64,000 nucleotides of DNA. Origin: Candidatus Saccharimonadota bacterium (GTDB lineage: Bacteria > Patescibacteriota > Saccharimonadia > Saccharimonadales > JACOTW01). Where the stretch lies: contig JACOTW010000002.1 of assembly GCA_016178135.1 (NCBI GenBank), positions 13,043 through 77,042 of the forward strand, given 5' to 3'. Every line of letters starts with the position of its first letter. The stretch's first letter is position 1. This document shows, in pieces, positions 38,424 to 46,932 of this stretch. The notes beneath the pieces are model-generated. The model was given only the letters and a program-made list of their open reading frames with translations, searched no databases and was not told the origin of the DNA. The position numbers and the translations under genes were made by a program.

Positions 38424-39446
38424 ATGGATCATCCAGATTTATCCCCAGATTACATTACCGACAGACTTCATGAAACTGGAGTTGTAGATGTAGATGTTAC
38501 ACCGTTCATATCAGAGCAGCATGACGAGCCTAGTAACTTGCCAAACCCAGAGATTATTGATACCGAAACACCAGCAACGCCAAAGAATGACGGCATGTCC
38601 CGCCGTGGTTTTTTAAGGCTTGCTGGTATTGCCGCTACGACATTGTTGGCGGGTAGTTCGGGTAATAATATTTATAGCGGTACTAACGAACACCCCAGCC
38701 TGATCAGTGAACAACATCACAAACTACCTAACACCGAAGTCATAAAATCAGTCGCGGAAACAATGCCAAAACCCCCCGAATTTTCCGAACTTAGTCTTAG
38801 AATAAATAGTCCGGAAACTCCAGACGGGGCATTTATGGGAGCAATGACAGTCAGATATGCCGATAACCCAGATCGTAGCCTGCAATCTGAAGAAGGCTTA
38901 ATTGATAAATACTGGCAATCAAAAGGTTTACCACGACCAGCCGTCAATAACCCATCAGTGCACCGTTTAAGGGTAGGAGGATCTATCACCAGCGAAAATG
39001 TCAAGGCGTTTGACCCGCTATTGGATGAAGCCGCGGTTGTCCACAAAGGTACGGATAGCGGGTTGATTTTGATAGCCCAACACAATATCACACAAGTTAA
39101 AGGGCCTGTTGAGCTCGATGGTGCTATTTACGACCACTTGCAGATGGGTATTAATGAATACGTTATGCCTGGCGATACATTAGAAATAGTTTTGTCGAAT
39201 CAACAACAGCCAGGTTTTTTGGATGTGTTTAGGTTTGTTGCCACTGGCTCCAGGGTTGTAGCTTATCCTGAAGATTTAGAAACAGTGTATGAATACAATC
39301 CAGAAGAGGGCAAAGAACAAGCAGGGGATTTAGCTGTTCTGAAAACCTATATTTGTTGGCCGCCAGGGCAGAAAAGGTACAGATTGGTTGTTGAATGGGA
39401 GCCTCAAAATACCGCGATTGTGCACGGAACAGTTAATCCGGTATAA
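38424..39446 (+). CDS. secreted sortase-like protein (tentative) with a twin-arginine-like signal
   Basis: An internal MSRRGFLRLAGIAATTLLAGS gives an alternative start at 38595. LIAQHN...GDTLEIVL...LKTYICWPPGQKRYRLVVEW resembles the sortase H...GD...(L)xTC...R pattern. Confidence 0.4.
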   Translation: MDHPDLSPDYITDRLHETGVVDVDVTPFISEQHDEPSNLPNPEIIDTETPATPKNDGMSRRGFLRLAGIAATTLLAGSSGNNIYSGTNEHPSLISEQHHKLPNTEVIKSVAETMPKPPEFSELSLRINSPETPDGAFMGAMTVRYADNPDRSLQSEEGLIDKYWQSKGLPRPAVNNPSVHRLRVGGSITSENVKAFDPLLDEAAVVHKGTDSGLILIAQHNITQVKGPVELDGAIYDHLQMGINEYVMPGDTLEIVLSNQQQPGFLDVFRFVATGSRVVAYPEDLETVYEYNPEEGKEQAGDLAVLKTYICWPPGQKRYRLVVEWEPQNTAIVHGTVNPV

Positions 39447-39472
39447 TTTTTGAGCAGTTATGGGGTGGGTTA

Positions 39473-39501
39473 TTGACAATAATCCTAATATGATGTACAA
39501 T
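39473..39501 (+). promoter_or_regulatory. Near-consensus sigma-70 promoter with a leader of about 200 nt
   Basis: TTGACA at 39473-39478, a 17-nt spacer, then TACAAT at 39496-39501. The first plausible start codon downstream is at 39710. Confidence 0.5.
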
Positions 39502-39709
39502 ATATCATAGTCGACAGTTATTTGAGGAGGAGCTGGCAGTTTTTGCCGCGCCGGAACTTGTGCTGTTGACGTACATTGACATGTCAGACTGGAATATATA
39601 GCGATTTTGGGGTCGCCTAGTGTGTTTGAAACTTGTTTGAAGTATCGAACATAACAGGCGGCCCTAAATGGGGAAGCTGGCGGTAACGCCACAAGACAGA
39701 AAGGTAACA

Positions 39710-40291
39710 ATGAAAAAAATTATTGTTATCGCAATCTTGTTGATGGCATTACTTGCCATCAACTCAACTCTTCCCTCCGCTTCTGCGGAAGGAAGCCAAA
39801 GCAGCGTTACCCTTTCGGGGGCAACGCTTTGTGGTGAGGCCGTGACGATGTCCGTCATGGCTTCTGGATTGGAGCCCAGTGTGGGCTTCAGTTTGGAAGA
39901 CCTCGACGACCAATGGGCGTCTTGGGGTATAGGAGGAGTCGGTTTTGACACCGACTCAGAAGGGGGTTTCACCGGTTCGGTGAAGCTTGTAGACGTTGGC
40001 GGGATCGTCCCAACACCAACACGGTTGGTGTTGTCAGTTTTTACCGACGATCCAGATGCTAACGATCCGTGGGTGTCGGAAGACATTACAGTTAGCGTTG
40101 CTAACTGTAATGCGCCACCGACCACACAGCCACCAACAACGGAGCCACCGACCACACAGCCACCAACAACGGAGCCACCGACCACACAGCCACCAACAAC
40201 GGAGCCACCGACCACACAGCCACCAACAACGGAGCCACCGACCATCAAGAAATCATCGAAGCCAAAAACGGCCTTGATGACGACCTTGTGA
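39710..40291 (+). CDS. secreted repeat protein (signal peptide plus PTTQPPTTE repeats)
   Basis: The signal peptide is MKKIIVIAILLMALLAINSTLPSASAEG. C-terminal (PPTTQPPTTE)x4 repeats and a basic tail follow. The gene is visibly more GC-rich than its surroundings. Confidence 0.65.
   Translation: MKKIIVIAILLMALLAINSTLPSASAEGSQSSVTLSGATLCGEAVTMSVMASGLEPSVGFSLEDLDDQWASWGIGGVGFDTDSEGGFTGSVKLVDVGGIVPTPTRLVLSVFTDDPDANDPWVSEDITVSVANCNAPPTTQPPTTEPPTTQPPTTEPPTTQPPTTEPPTTQPPTTEPPTIKKSSKPKTALMTTL
40114..40244 (+). repeat. Perfect 30-bp tandem repeat, about 4.4 copies
   Basis: The unit GCCACCGACCACACAGCCACCAACAACGGA is repeated head-to-tail without a mismatch inside the CDS. Confidence 0.95.
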
Positions 40292-40487
40292 GGTTCGGGG
40301 GAGAGAGCACATACGCGCTCTTATCATGATGGCTTGCCATCGTGTATGTTCTCATTACGAGACACTCCCCCCGACTTCACCCCCCCCGCGACAATTGCCT
40401 ACCGGCAATACCCCCAGTCTGACATGTCGCAATCCCCCTTATTTTTTTTGCTTGTGTTTTAAAAGTGTCATATAATGAATAGTGATT

Positions 40488-41075
40488 ATGTTTAGCATGA
40501 ATAAGCTCAAATCAATATTCCGTGGCACTTTAACAGTTACTCATAGAGTCTTTAAAAAGCATTGGTTTAAAAACAAGCGCAATATAGTCATATTGGTGGC
40601 TATAGTTGGGCTGGTGGGTTTTTTGGGCTGGTGGTATTTTTCAAAACCCCAGACCGCGTATAGTCCAGTACCTAAATCACCGCTAGAAAAATACACTAGC
40701 GTTACACCGGTTCAAAAAGCCGACACGCTGGCATTTTATGGCGATTACCAGGGTAGCCAGAAGTTGCTGGATGATGAAATTGCCAAAACCAAGGACGATG
40801 CCAGTAAAAGCAAATTATATAACGCCAAATGCCTGATAGCCTTTAATCATAAACATTACGATGACTCTCTGACTTTTGCCCAGGCTGCAGAAAAACTGGC
40901 CCCAAGTCGCATTACGGCGTTGTATATAGCCAAGAGTAGCGAGGCTCTACATAACAAAAAACTGGCTCTGGAGTATTATAAAAAAGTGATTGAACGTACT
41001 CCGCAACAAATGAAAGACCTAGATGAAACCATCAACGTCGATAATGAAGCCAAGATAAAAGAGTTAAGCAAATGA
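40488..41075 (+). CDS. membrane-anchored TPR-like protein
   Basis: One TM segment (IVILVAIVGLVGFLGWWYF) is followed by helical repeats (AKCLIAFNHKHYDDSLTFAQAAEKLAP...ALEYYKKVIE). TATAAT at 40471-40476 lies just upstream. Confidence 0.5.
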   Translation: MFSMNKLKSIFRGTLTVTHRVFKKHWFKNKRNIVILVAIVGLVGFLGWWYFSKPQTAYSPVPKSPLEKYTSVTPVQKADTLAFYGDYQGSQKLLDDEIAKTKDDASKSKLYNAKCLIAFNHKHYDDSLTFAQAAEKLAPSRITALYIAKSSEALHNKKLALEYYKKVIERTPQQMKDLDETINVDNEAKIKELSK

Positions 41076-43660
41076 GCCAGGAGAAATCGTTACATGCCCT
41101 ATCATCTGGCTCAAAAGCGGGTAATTTTGCCATGAAGCGAAGATTCTGGATGAGTTCTAAAAAATTTGTATTGCTGGGTATAGCGGGGTTTATTAGTCTG
41201 GCGGTTGTCGGCTTGTTGATGCCAGTCAAGGTACAAGCTGATCCGTTTGGGATACCTTGGGGGACTGGTTATTTTACTGGCGCCGGACCAATGTCTGGTG
41301 GTTTGGGCTCGGTTATAGCCGGGGGCATCGCCAGTACTACGGACAAAGCTACCTTTATTCAAAATATTAAAGACGAACTGGGCAATCCTTCTTCTGCTCC
41401 GAAACGAACTGGCGCGGCCTTTATTATTCAGACAATGCGCGGCGCCCCTAGTGGTGTACCCAATCCGCCAAGCGCCGCAGAGATAGCCGATTGGGAAGCG
41501 CGAGTCAATAGTGCAGCCATAACACTAAGCGTTGAGGACTTCTATTTTGATTACAATTCCGGCTACATGAAAGGTGTTGCCGACGACGACGCTTTCTATC
41601 AATCATCAGATACGAGAGTATCCATAGTTTTTCGGCATAACGGCACGGTGGTGTATGCCATAAAGATAGATTGTGGCAATGTTGTCGGGGATCTTCCTGG
41701 TCTGCCACCAATTGATGTGGGTGGCGGCGGCGGCGGTGGCGGCGGTGGCGGTGGTGGCGGCACACAGCTACCCGTCGGCTTTTTAGATGTTGCCAATTGC
41801 AGCACCATAGAGGGCTGGGCTCAAGACCCGGATGATCTGACGGTCAGCATACAGGTACACATTTATATTGGTGGTCCGGCTGGCACGGCGGGTATTACGC
41901 CCTATGCCGCTAATGCTAATATATATCGTGCAGACGTTGGAAATCATGGCTTTGTCTTTACTACACCACCTGGTGTATCTGGGGACGTCTACGTTTACGG
42001 CATCGATATACAAGGCGTGGGTAACCCTGTGCTTACAAATTCCCCAATCAATATAGGTGTTTGCCCTGCACGGGGCCCTACGCCGATAGTTACGACAAAC
42101 TCAACATCGGCGTTTTGTAATGCTGCTACGGGTTTTGGGGTAGCGAATGTTAGCTGGCCGGCCGGTACTTTGACCGGAAGCCTAGGTATTTATATTGACG
42201 TTTCCACCGATCCTGGCTTCGGTAGTTTCTATAAACACGGTCCGCTTTCCGGTACAACTGATGTTATCCCCAACGGCTATGTAGATAGTGTTTCTGGCGC
42301 GCCTATGCCGTCTTTGCCAGGGGGGGTTACCTATTTTGTTCGGCTTTTCAGCGATGCTTATAGCCCGGTTCATTCTAATTTGACTTCATTTGTCGCTCCG
42401 GTTTGTCCGCCCTCCACCCCGACAGCTAGTGCTTCCTGTATCGGTAGCGCTTCCGGCGCTGCTATTACATGGTCCGGTAGCCCCGATGCTATTGGTCCTA
42501 GCGGAGCAGTCGGCTTTTATGTGGATCTGTCTACGGATTCAGCCTTCGGCAGTTTTTATACCAAGTGGGCCGGTAATGTTAACTCTACGCAAGGGCCAAG
42601 TGGATTTGTTTTGAATGGATCAGGGACGCCCATGCCTTCTATGGTGGCTGGTACTTGGTATACTCGTGTTAATAATGGTCAGTTTTCCAGCGTAACATCC
42701 TTTACGACATTGGATTGTCGTGCTCCTTATATAAGAGCTTATGGTGGTGATGTCAGAGCTGGCGATAGTTTTCCTGATAGTAGTGGCGTATGTAGCCCTG
42801 TGGCCAGTGCCGACATAAAAGCATTCAATGACTCGGCAAATAATTATGCCGGATCTGGTAGTCAGTCTGCCGTATTTGCTACTGGCAGTATCACGGAATT
42901 TGTATCATCCGCCATGAGTTTGAGTACATCTATAGCACAGGTACCCAAAGGGCTAACCTTTGCTAACAGTTCTGGGATATATGGTGGTAATTTTGGCAGC
43001 AATGAATGTTTGCCAGACTTTTTTGCCAATGCCCAAAAAGTTCCTTCTCCCACTAGTGGCCCTAGAACTATTGATATTGGTTTAATAGAGGGCGCTTCTC
43101 CTGCTGGTCCCAAAGAGGGTAAATTTTATGTAAAGGGACCAGGTTTAACAACCGTCATCGGTCAATCCGGCCCTATATTTAACAGAACCAGAATAACAGT
43201 TTACGCAGATGGTGACGTAGTTATAAGAGATAAGAACATTATATATTCCGGCGGGTATAATGCGCCAAGAGATATACCGGCTATATATGTTATCGCGAAA
43301 GGCAATATCTATATCGATAAATCAATAACCCAGCTGGATGGTGTGTATGTGTCACAAATGGGAACAATCTATACTTGCTCAAACGGACCTGCCATACCAG
43401 GAGATCCCTGGCTGGTGGCTAATTGTAATTCAAAACTTGTCGTAAACGGATCTTTGATGGCACCAAACATTAAATTTTTACGACTGGCGAACAACTTGAG
43501 TAATGCCAGCCATGGCGAGGACGCTTATTCCAATAATGCCGCCGAAACATTTAACTTTACTCCTGAATTTTGGATAACGCATTTTCCGGTATGGGGCAGT
43601 AATTCGGGTGGTTCTTCGGGGTCATACGACATGATCACTAATCTGCCACCAGTTTTATAG
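41072..43660 (+). CDS. large secreted/surface protein with a poly-glycine linker
   Basis: 862 aa with an N-terminal TM/signal (FVLLGIAGFISLAVVGLLMPV) and a G13 run encoded by a GGN repeat at about 41718-41760. Two similar domains repeat the pattern (G/S)xxIxWxG..xxG...G(I/F)Y(I/V)D(V/L)STD(P/S)(G/A)FGSFY. No family recognised. Confidence 0.6.
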   Translation: MSQEKSLHALSSGSKAGNFAMKRRFWMSSKKFVLLGIAGFISLAVVGLLMPVKVQADPFGIPWGTGYFTGAGPMSGGLGSVIAGGIASTTDKATFIQNIKDELGNPSSAPKRTGAAFIIQTMRGAPSGVPNPPSAAEIADWEARVNSAAITLSVEDFYFDYNSGYMKGVADDDAFYQSSDTRVSIVFRHNGTVVYAIKIDCGNVVGDLPGLPPIDVGGGGGGGGGGGGGGTQLPVGFLDVANCSTIEGWAQDPDDLTVSIQVHIYIGGPAGTAGITPYAANANIYRADVGNHGFVFTTPPGVSGDVYVYGIDIQGVGNPVLTNSPINIGVCPARGPTPIVTTNSTSAFCNAATGFGVANVSWPAGTLTGSLGIYIDVSTDPGFGSFYKHGPLSGTTDVIPNGYVDSVSGAPMPSLPGGVTYFVRLFSDAYSPVHSNLTSFVAPVCPPSTPTASASCIGSASGAAITWSGSPDAIGPSGAVGFYVDLSTDSAFGSFYTKWAGNVNSTQGPSGFVLNGSGTPMPSMVAGTWYTRVNNGQFSSVTSFTTLDCRAPYIRAYGGDVRAGDSFPDSSGVCSPVASADIKAFNDSANNYAGSGSQSAVFATGSITEFVSSAMSLSTSIAQVPKGLTFANSSGIYGGNFGSNECLPDFFANAQKVPSPTSGPRTIDIGLIEGASPAGPKEGKFYVKGPGLTTVIGQSGPIFNRTRITVYADGDVVIRDKNIIYSGGYNAPRDIPAIYVIAKGNIYIDKSITQLDGVYVSQMGTIYTCSNGPAIPGDPWLVANCNSKLVVNGSLMAPNIKFLRLANNLSNASHGEDAYSNNAAETFNFTPEFWITHFPVWGSNSGGSSGSYDMITNLPPVL

Positions 43661-43672
43661 ACAAAAAGGGTA

Positions 43673-43703
43673 TTGTCATAAATGGTAATGGTTATGCTAT
43701 AAT
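43673..43703 (+). promoter_or_regulatory. Candidate extended -10 promoter of the pil operon
   Basis: TTGTCA, a 19-nt spacer, then TGcTATAAT at 43695-43703. Confidence 0.35.
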
Positions 43704-43816
43704 TTGTCTAAGTAGTAGTCTGGCCAAATGGCAGATTTACTCATACGAAGAATGGATTACATAAACTATGAAAATTACCAAAAAGAACAAAAGAACAGCA
43801 AAGGTGTTTTAGCGGA

Positions 43817-44857
43817 ATGAGTATATTGAGTGGGGTATCTGAATTTTTCGGTCTAGATATGGGGACTACAGCTATTCGCTTGGTAGAACTTAGGGGTAGC
43901 GGGCCAGTTAAAGCTCTAGCTAAATACGCCTATGTGCCCGTTGACAGCAAGCTTGCTTTGAGCGATTCCAAGGCCGATCAATTACGCCTAGTGAAAATTA
44001 TTAATGATCTTATCACCGAAGCACGGGTATTGACCAAAAATGTGGCCGTTGGTATTCCGTCGCAACGAGTGTTTACTACGGTTGTAGATATTGAGCGCTT
44101 GTCGCCTGCCGAGCTGGCTAAAAGTCTGAAATACCAAGCCGACGCCTTGATTCCGACGCCATTGTCAGAATCTAAGCTTGACTGGTCACTACTAGGGGAT
44201 TCACCTAAGGATAAAACAAAGATGGAAGTCCTGCTCTCTAGTGTTACTAATGAATTTGTAGAAAATCGTCTGGATTTGCTGGAATCGATTGGTCTCAATG
44301 TTATTGCGTTCGAGCCGGATAATTTGGCACTTAGCCGCGCATTGATCGCTCCAGACGCAGTTATGCCACAAATGGTGCTTGATATTGGTAGCAAGAGCAC
44401 CGATCTGGTTATTGTTATGAATGGAGCGCCAAGATTGACTAGATCTATTCCGACAGGGTCAGAAGCTATCATTAAAGCCGCAGTACAGAACCTGAATATT
44501 GACGAAAAACAGGCCGGAGAATTTGTTTTTAAATTCGGTCTTTCTAAGGACAAATTAGAAGGGCAAATTGCCCAGGCTATCTTAAGTACGGTTGATTTGC
44601 TAGTGTTAGAAATCGATAAATCCATAAAGTTCTTCCAGGCGCGCTATCCGGAAACCAAGGTTGATCGCATTATCGTAACTGGTGGTGCTTCGGCTTTACC
44701 GGAGTTTCCATTGTATATTGCTAATAAGTTTGGCATAAGCGTTGAGATTGGTAATGCTTGGCGTAACATATCTTTTGCTGCTGATCGTCAGAACGAACTA
44801 CTGGCCGTTTCCAGCCATTTTGGTGTGGCGGCGGGGTTAGCGGAGAGGCAAGAATGA
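43817..44857 (+). CDS. pilM: type IV pilus assembly protein PilM (actin-like ATPase fold)
   Basis: The N-terminus is FGLDMGTTAIRLVEL. 346 aa, followed by pilN and pilO. Confidence 0.85.
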   Translation: MSILSGVSEFFGLDMGTTAIRLVELRGSGPVKALAKYAYVPVDSKLALSDSKADQLRLVKIINDLITEARVLTKNVAVGIPSQRVFTTVVDIERLSPAELAKSLKYQADALIPTPLSESKLDWSLLGDSPKDKTKMEVLLSSVTNEFVENRLDLLESIGLNVIAFEPDNLALSRALIAPDAVMPQMVLDIGSKSTDLVIVMNGAPRLTRSIPTGSEAIIKAAVQNLNIDEKQAGEFVFKFGLSKDKLEGQIAQAILSTVDLLVLEIDKSIKFFQARYPETKVDRIIVTGGASALPEFPLYIANKFGISVEIGNAWRNISFAADRQNELLAVSSHFGVAAGLAERQE

Positions 44858-44904
44858 AAAAACGCATAACGACAAAATCTAAATACGCCCAAATGACCGC
44901 TATG

Positions 44905-45071
44905 TATAGCCCCCGCAAAACAAATTCGGGGGTTTTGGAGCCGATGATCTTCGAGTCAAAAATTGGCTTTTCCGAGGGAAGCATATCATTAGATAAGGTG
45001 AGTGAGGAAAGACAGCTTTTGACCGGAGAGGGCGGTTCAAAAAGCCGTGAATTTGTTTTGCGGGGGCTATA
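44905..45071. repeat. Type A palindromic element, copy 2
   Basis: Runs TATAGCCCCCGCAAAACAAATTCGGG...CGTGAATTTGTTTTGCGGGGGCTATA and aligns along its full length with 5524-5690. Confidence 0.9.
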
Positions 45072-45085
45072 TTATGCTGGTACTG

Positions 45086-45247
45086 TACTGGACTTACGCA
45101 AAGCTCCCCCATCCCCAGACCAATTCATCTTGGCTGGTAGCGGTCTGTCTTCTCTCGATGTAGCTAAGGCTACCTCTCCTTCAGATAAAACAGTTTTCGC
45201 TCGAGATAATTCACTCTGGGAACGGACGATTTTGCATAAGTCCAGTG
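45086..45247 (-). repeat. Type B palindromic element, copy 5 (mosaic of subfamilies)
   Basis: Runs TACTGGACTTACGCAAAGCTCCCCCATCCCCAGACC...GGACGATTTTGCATAAGTCCAGTG. It lies 14 bp from the type A copy. Confidence 0.9.
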
Positions 45248-45272
45248 TACTACTGTCATCAGAGGTTATGTC

Positions 45273-45986
45273 ATGATTCAGTTTAACCTCTTACCTGACG
45301 TAAAGCTTGATTATATTAAAGCTAAGCGAATCAAACGCTTTGTAATATTGATTTCTATTACTATTGCCGGAGCACTTCTGGCAATTATGGTATTGCTGTT
45401 TTTGGCTGTCAACGTCTTTCAGAAAGGTCACCTGGATGACTTGAACGTTGATATCAAAAAGTATAGTACAGAACTAAAGAGTACGCAGGATCTAAGCAAA
45501 ATATTAACTATTCAAAATCAACTTAATAAATTGAATAAACACGATAATACGCCTGGACTACATGATAAAAAACCGGTTGCCTCCCGCTTATTTCCGTATT
45601 TGTCGCAGATGCTTCCTGATAAGCTTAGCATTGCAAACCTTGATGTTGACTTTGAAGTACAAACCATGTCTTTCACCGGTGGTGCTGACAGCTTGAGTAC
45701 TATTAATAAATTTGTTGATACCCTTAAGTTTACAACCTACAAAATTGACAAGGAGCCCAATGAGATAAAAGCTTTCTCAAGCGTAGTGTTAACTAATTTT
45801 GGGCGTGATGACGCTGCTGCCACCTATCAGATAGATCTTAAATTCGACCTTCTTATCTTTGATTCATCGAAAGAAATAAGTATCCTGGTACCTAAAATCA
45901 TCACTACTCGTTCTGAAACCGAAAAGCCAGTTGATCTATTTCAGTCGACAGGTAGCGAACAAATTAATAAACAGGTTAACGAGTAA
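45273..45986 (+). CDS. pilN: type IV pilus assembly protein PilN-like
   Basis: IQFNLLPDVK at the N-terminus and a single TM segment are present. Its position after pilM supports the call. Confidence 0.75.
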   Translation: MIQFNLLPDVKLDYIKAKRIKRFVILISITIAGALLAIMVLLFLAVNVFQKGHLDDLNVDIKKYSTELKSTQDLSKILTIQNQLNKLNKHDNTPGLHDKKPVASRLFPYLSQMLPDKLSIANLDVDFEVQTMSFTGGADSLSTINKFVDTLKFTTYKIDKEPNEIKAFSSVVLTNFGRDDAAATYQIDLKFDLLIFDSSKEISILVPKIITTRSETEKPVDLFQSTGSEQINKQVNE

Positions 45987-45989
45987 ATT

Positions 45990-46664
45990 ATGGTTAAACT
46001 TGCTTTTTCTACAAAAAGACTTCAGATCGATAAGGCAAACTCGGCGGTTGTTATAGCAACGGCTGTTGCCGTATTCATTGCTGTGTTTTCGTTGTTCGCA
46101 TCGAAGGCATTGCTTAGTAAACGTTCCTACCAGGGGCGCGTTATAGACGGTAAAGAAAAAGCAGTCAAGCAGTTAAAAGATAATTTAGTTGCTCGTGATG
46201 GCTTGGTGAGTGCCTATAAGCAGTTTGTTGAAGCGCCAACCAACATACTGGGAGGTAACCCTAACGGCACAGGCGAAAAAGATGGCGATAATGCCCGCCT
46301 GATTCTAGATGCCTTGCCAAGTAAGTATGACTATCCAGCTCTAGCCAGTAGTTTAGAAAAAATACTGACTGATAAAAGCTTTGTGTTTAAATCTATTACG
46401 GGTAGCGATGATGAAATTGTTCAACAAAAAAACCCCAGTAGTCCTGAACCTGAAGTAGTTGATATGCCGTTTGAGATAACTGTTGGCAGTACATATAATG
46501 CCGCACCTAGCTTGATATTACTTTTTGAGAACTCCATACGGCCATTTCAGATTCAAAAACTTTCTCTTAGTGGCACCAACGCTGATTTAGCAACCGTTAT
46601 TAAGGCCAAGACTTTCTATCTTCCTGAAAAAAATCTAAACATAGGGACAAAGGTAGTTAAATGA
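45990..46664 (+). CDS. pilO: type IV pilus assembly protein PilO-like
   Basis: A single N-terminal TM segment and a coiled region are present. Position in the pilMNO series supports the call, and there is an ATGA overlap with the next ORF. Confidence 0.6.
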   Translation: MVKLAFSTKRLQIDKANSAVVIATAVAVFIAVFSLFASKALLSKRSYQGRVIDGKEKAVKQLKDNLVARDGLVSAYKQFVEAPTNILGGNPNGTGEKDGDNARLILDALPSKYDYPALASSLEKILTDKSFVFKSITGSDDEIVQQKNPSSPEPEVVDMPFEITVGSTYNAAPSLILLFENSIRPFQIQKLSLSGTNADLATVIKAKTFYLPEKNLNIGTKVVK

Positions 46665-46918
46665 AACAAAAAGACATTATTGTAATCATTGTCGTTACTT
46701 TTATTAGTGTGGTTATTTCTCTGTTATTGTCCACTAAGCTGTTTGATCCGCCTAAAAATCGTACGACGGAAGTCGAGGTTGTTCAGTCAATAACTTCTGA
46801 CTTCTTAACTCCTGACAAAAAATACTTCAATGATAAATCTTTGAACCCAACCAAACTAATCCAAATCGGTGATAGCTCCAACTCACAACCATTTAATAAT
46901 AATCAGACACAGCAGTAG
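46661..46918 (+). CDS. small single-TM pilus-cluster protein
   Basis: 85 aa, with the TM segment IIVIIVVTFISVVISLLLS. It appears translationally coupled to pilO. Confidence 0.45.
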   Translation: MKQKDIIVIIVVTFISVVISLLLSTKLFDPPKNRTTEVEVVQSITSDFLTPDKKYFNDKSLNPTKLIQIGDSSNSQPFNNNQTQQ

Positions 46919-46932
46919 ATTGAAGCGGCGAT

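Noticed and set aside
39664-40248. 194-aa minus-strand ORF (MMVGGSVVGGCVVGG...) antisense to the repeat surface-protein gene.
   Set aside because: It mirrors a GC-rich, repeat-containing CDS. The + strand ORF has a canonical signal peptide, whereas the antisense ORF has no start context or recognisable features. It is mentioned only in connection with the inversion hypothesis.
40367-40440. G-quadruplex on the minus strand, with G5, G5, G8 and G6 runs.
   Set aside because: The runs are separated by loops of up to ~27 nt, which is unfavourable for a stable intramolecular G4. I kept this only as homopolymer-tract variability within the contingency-locus finding.
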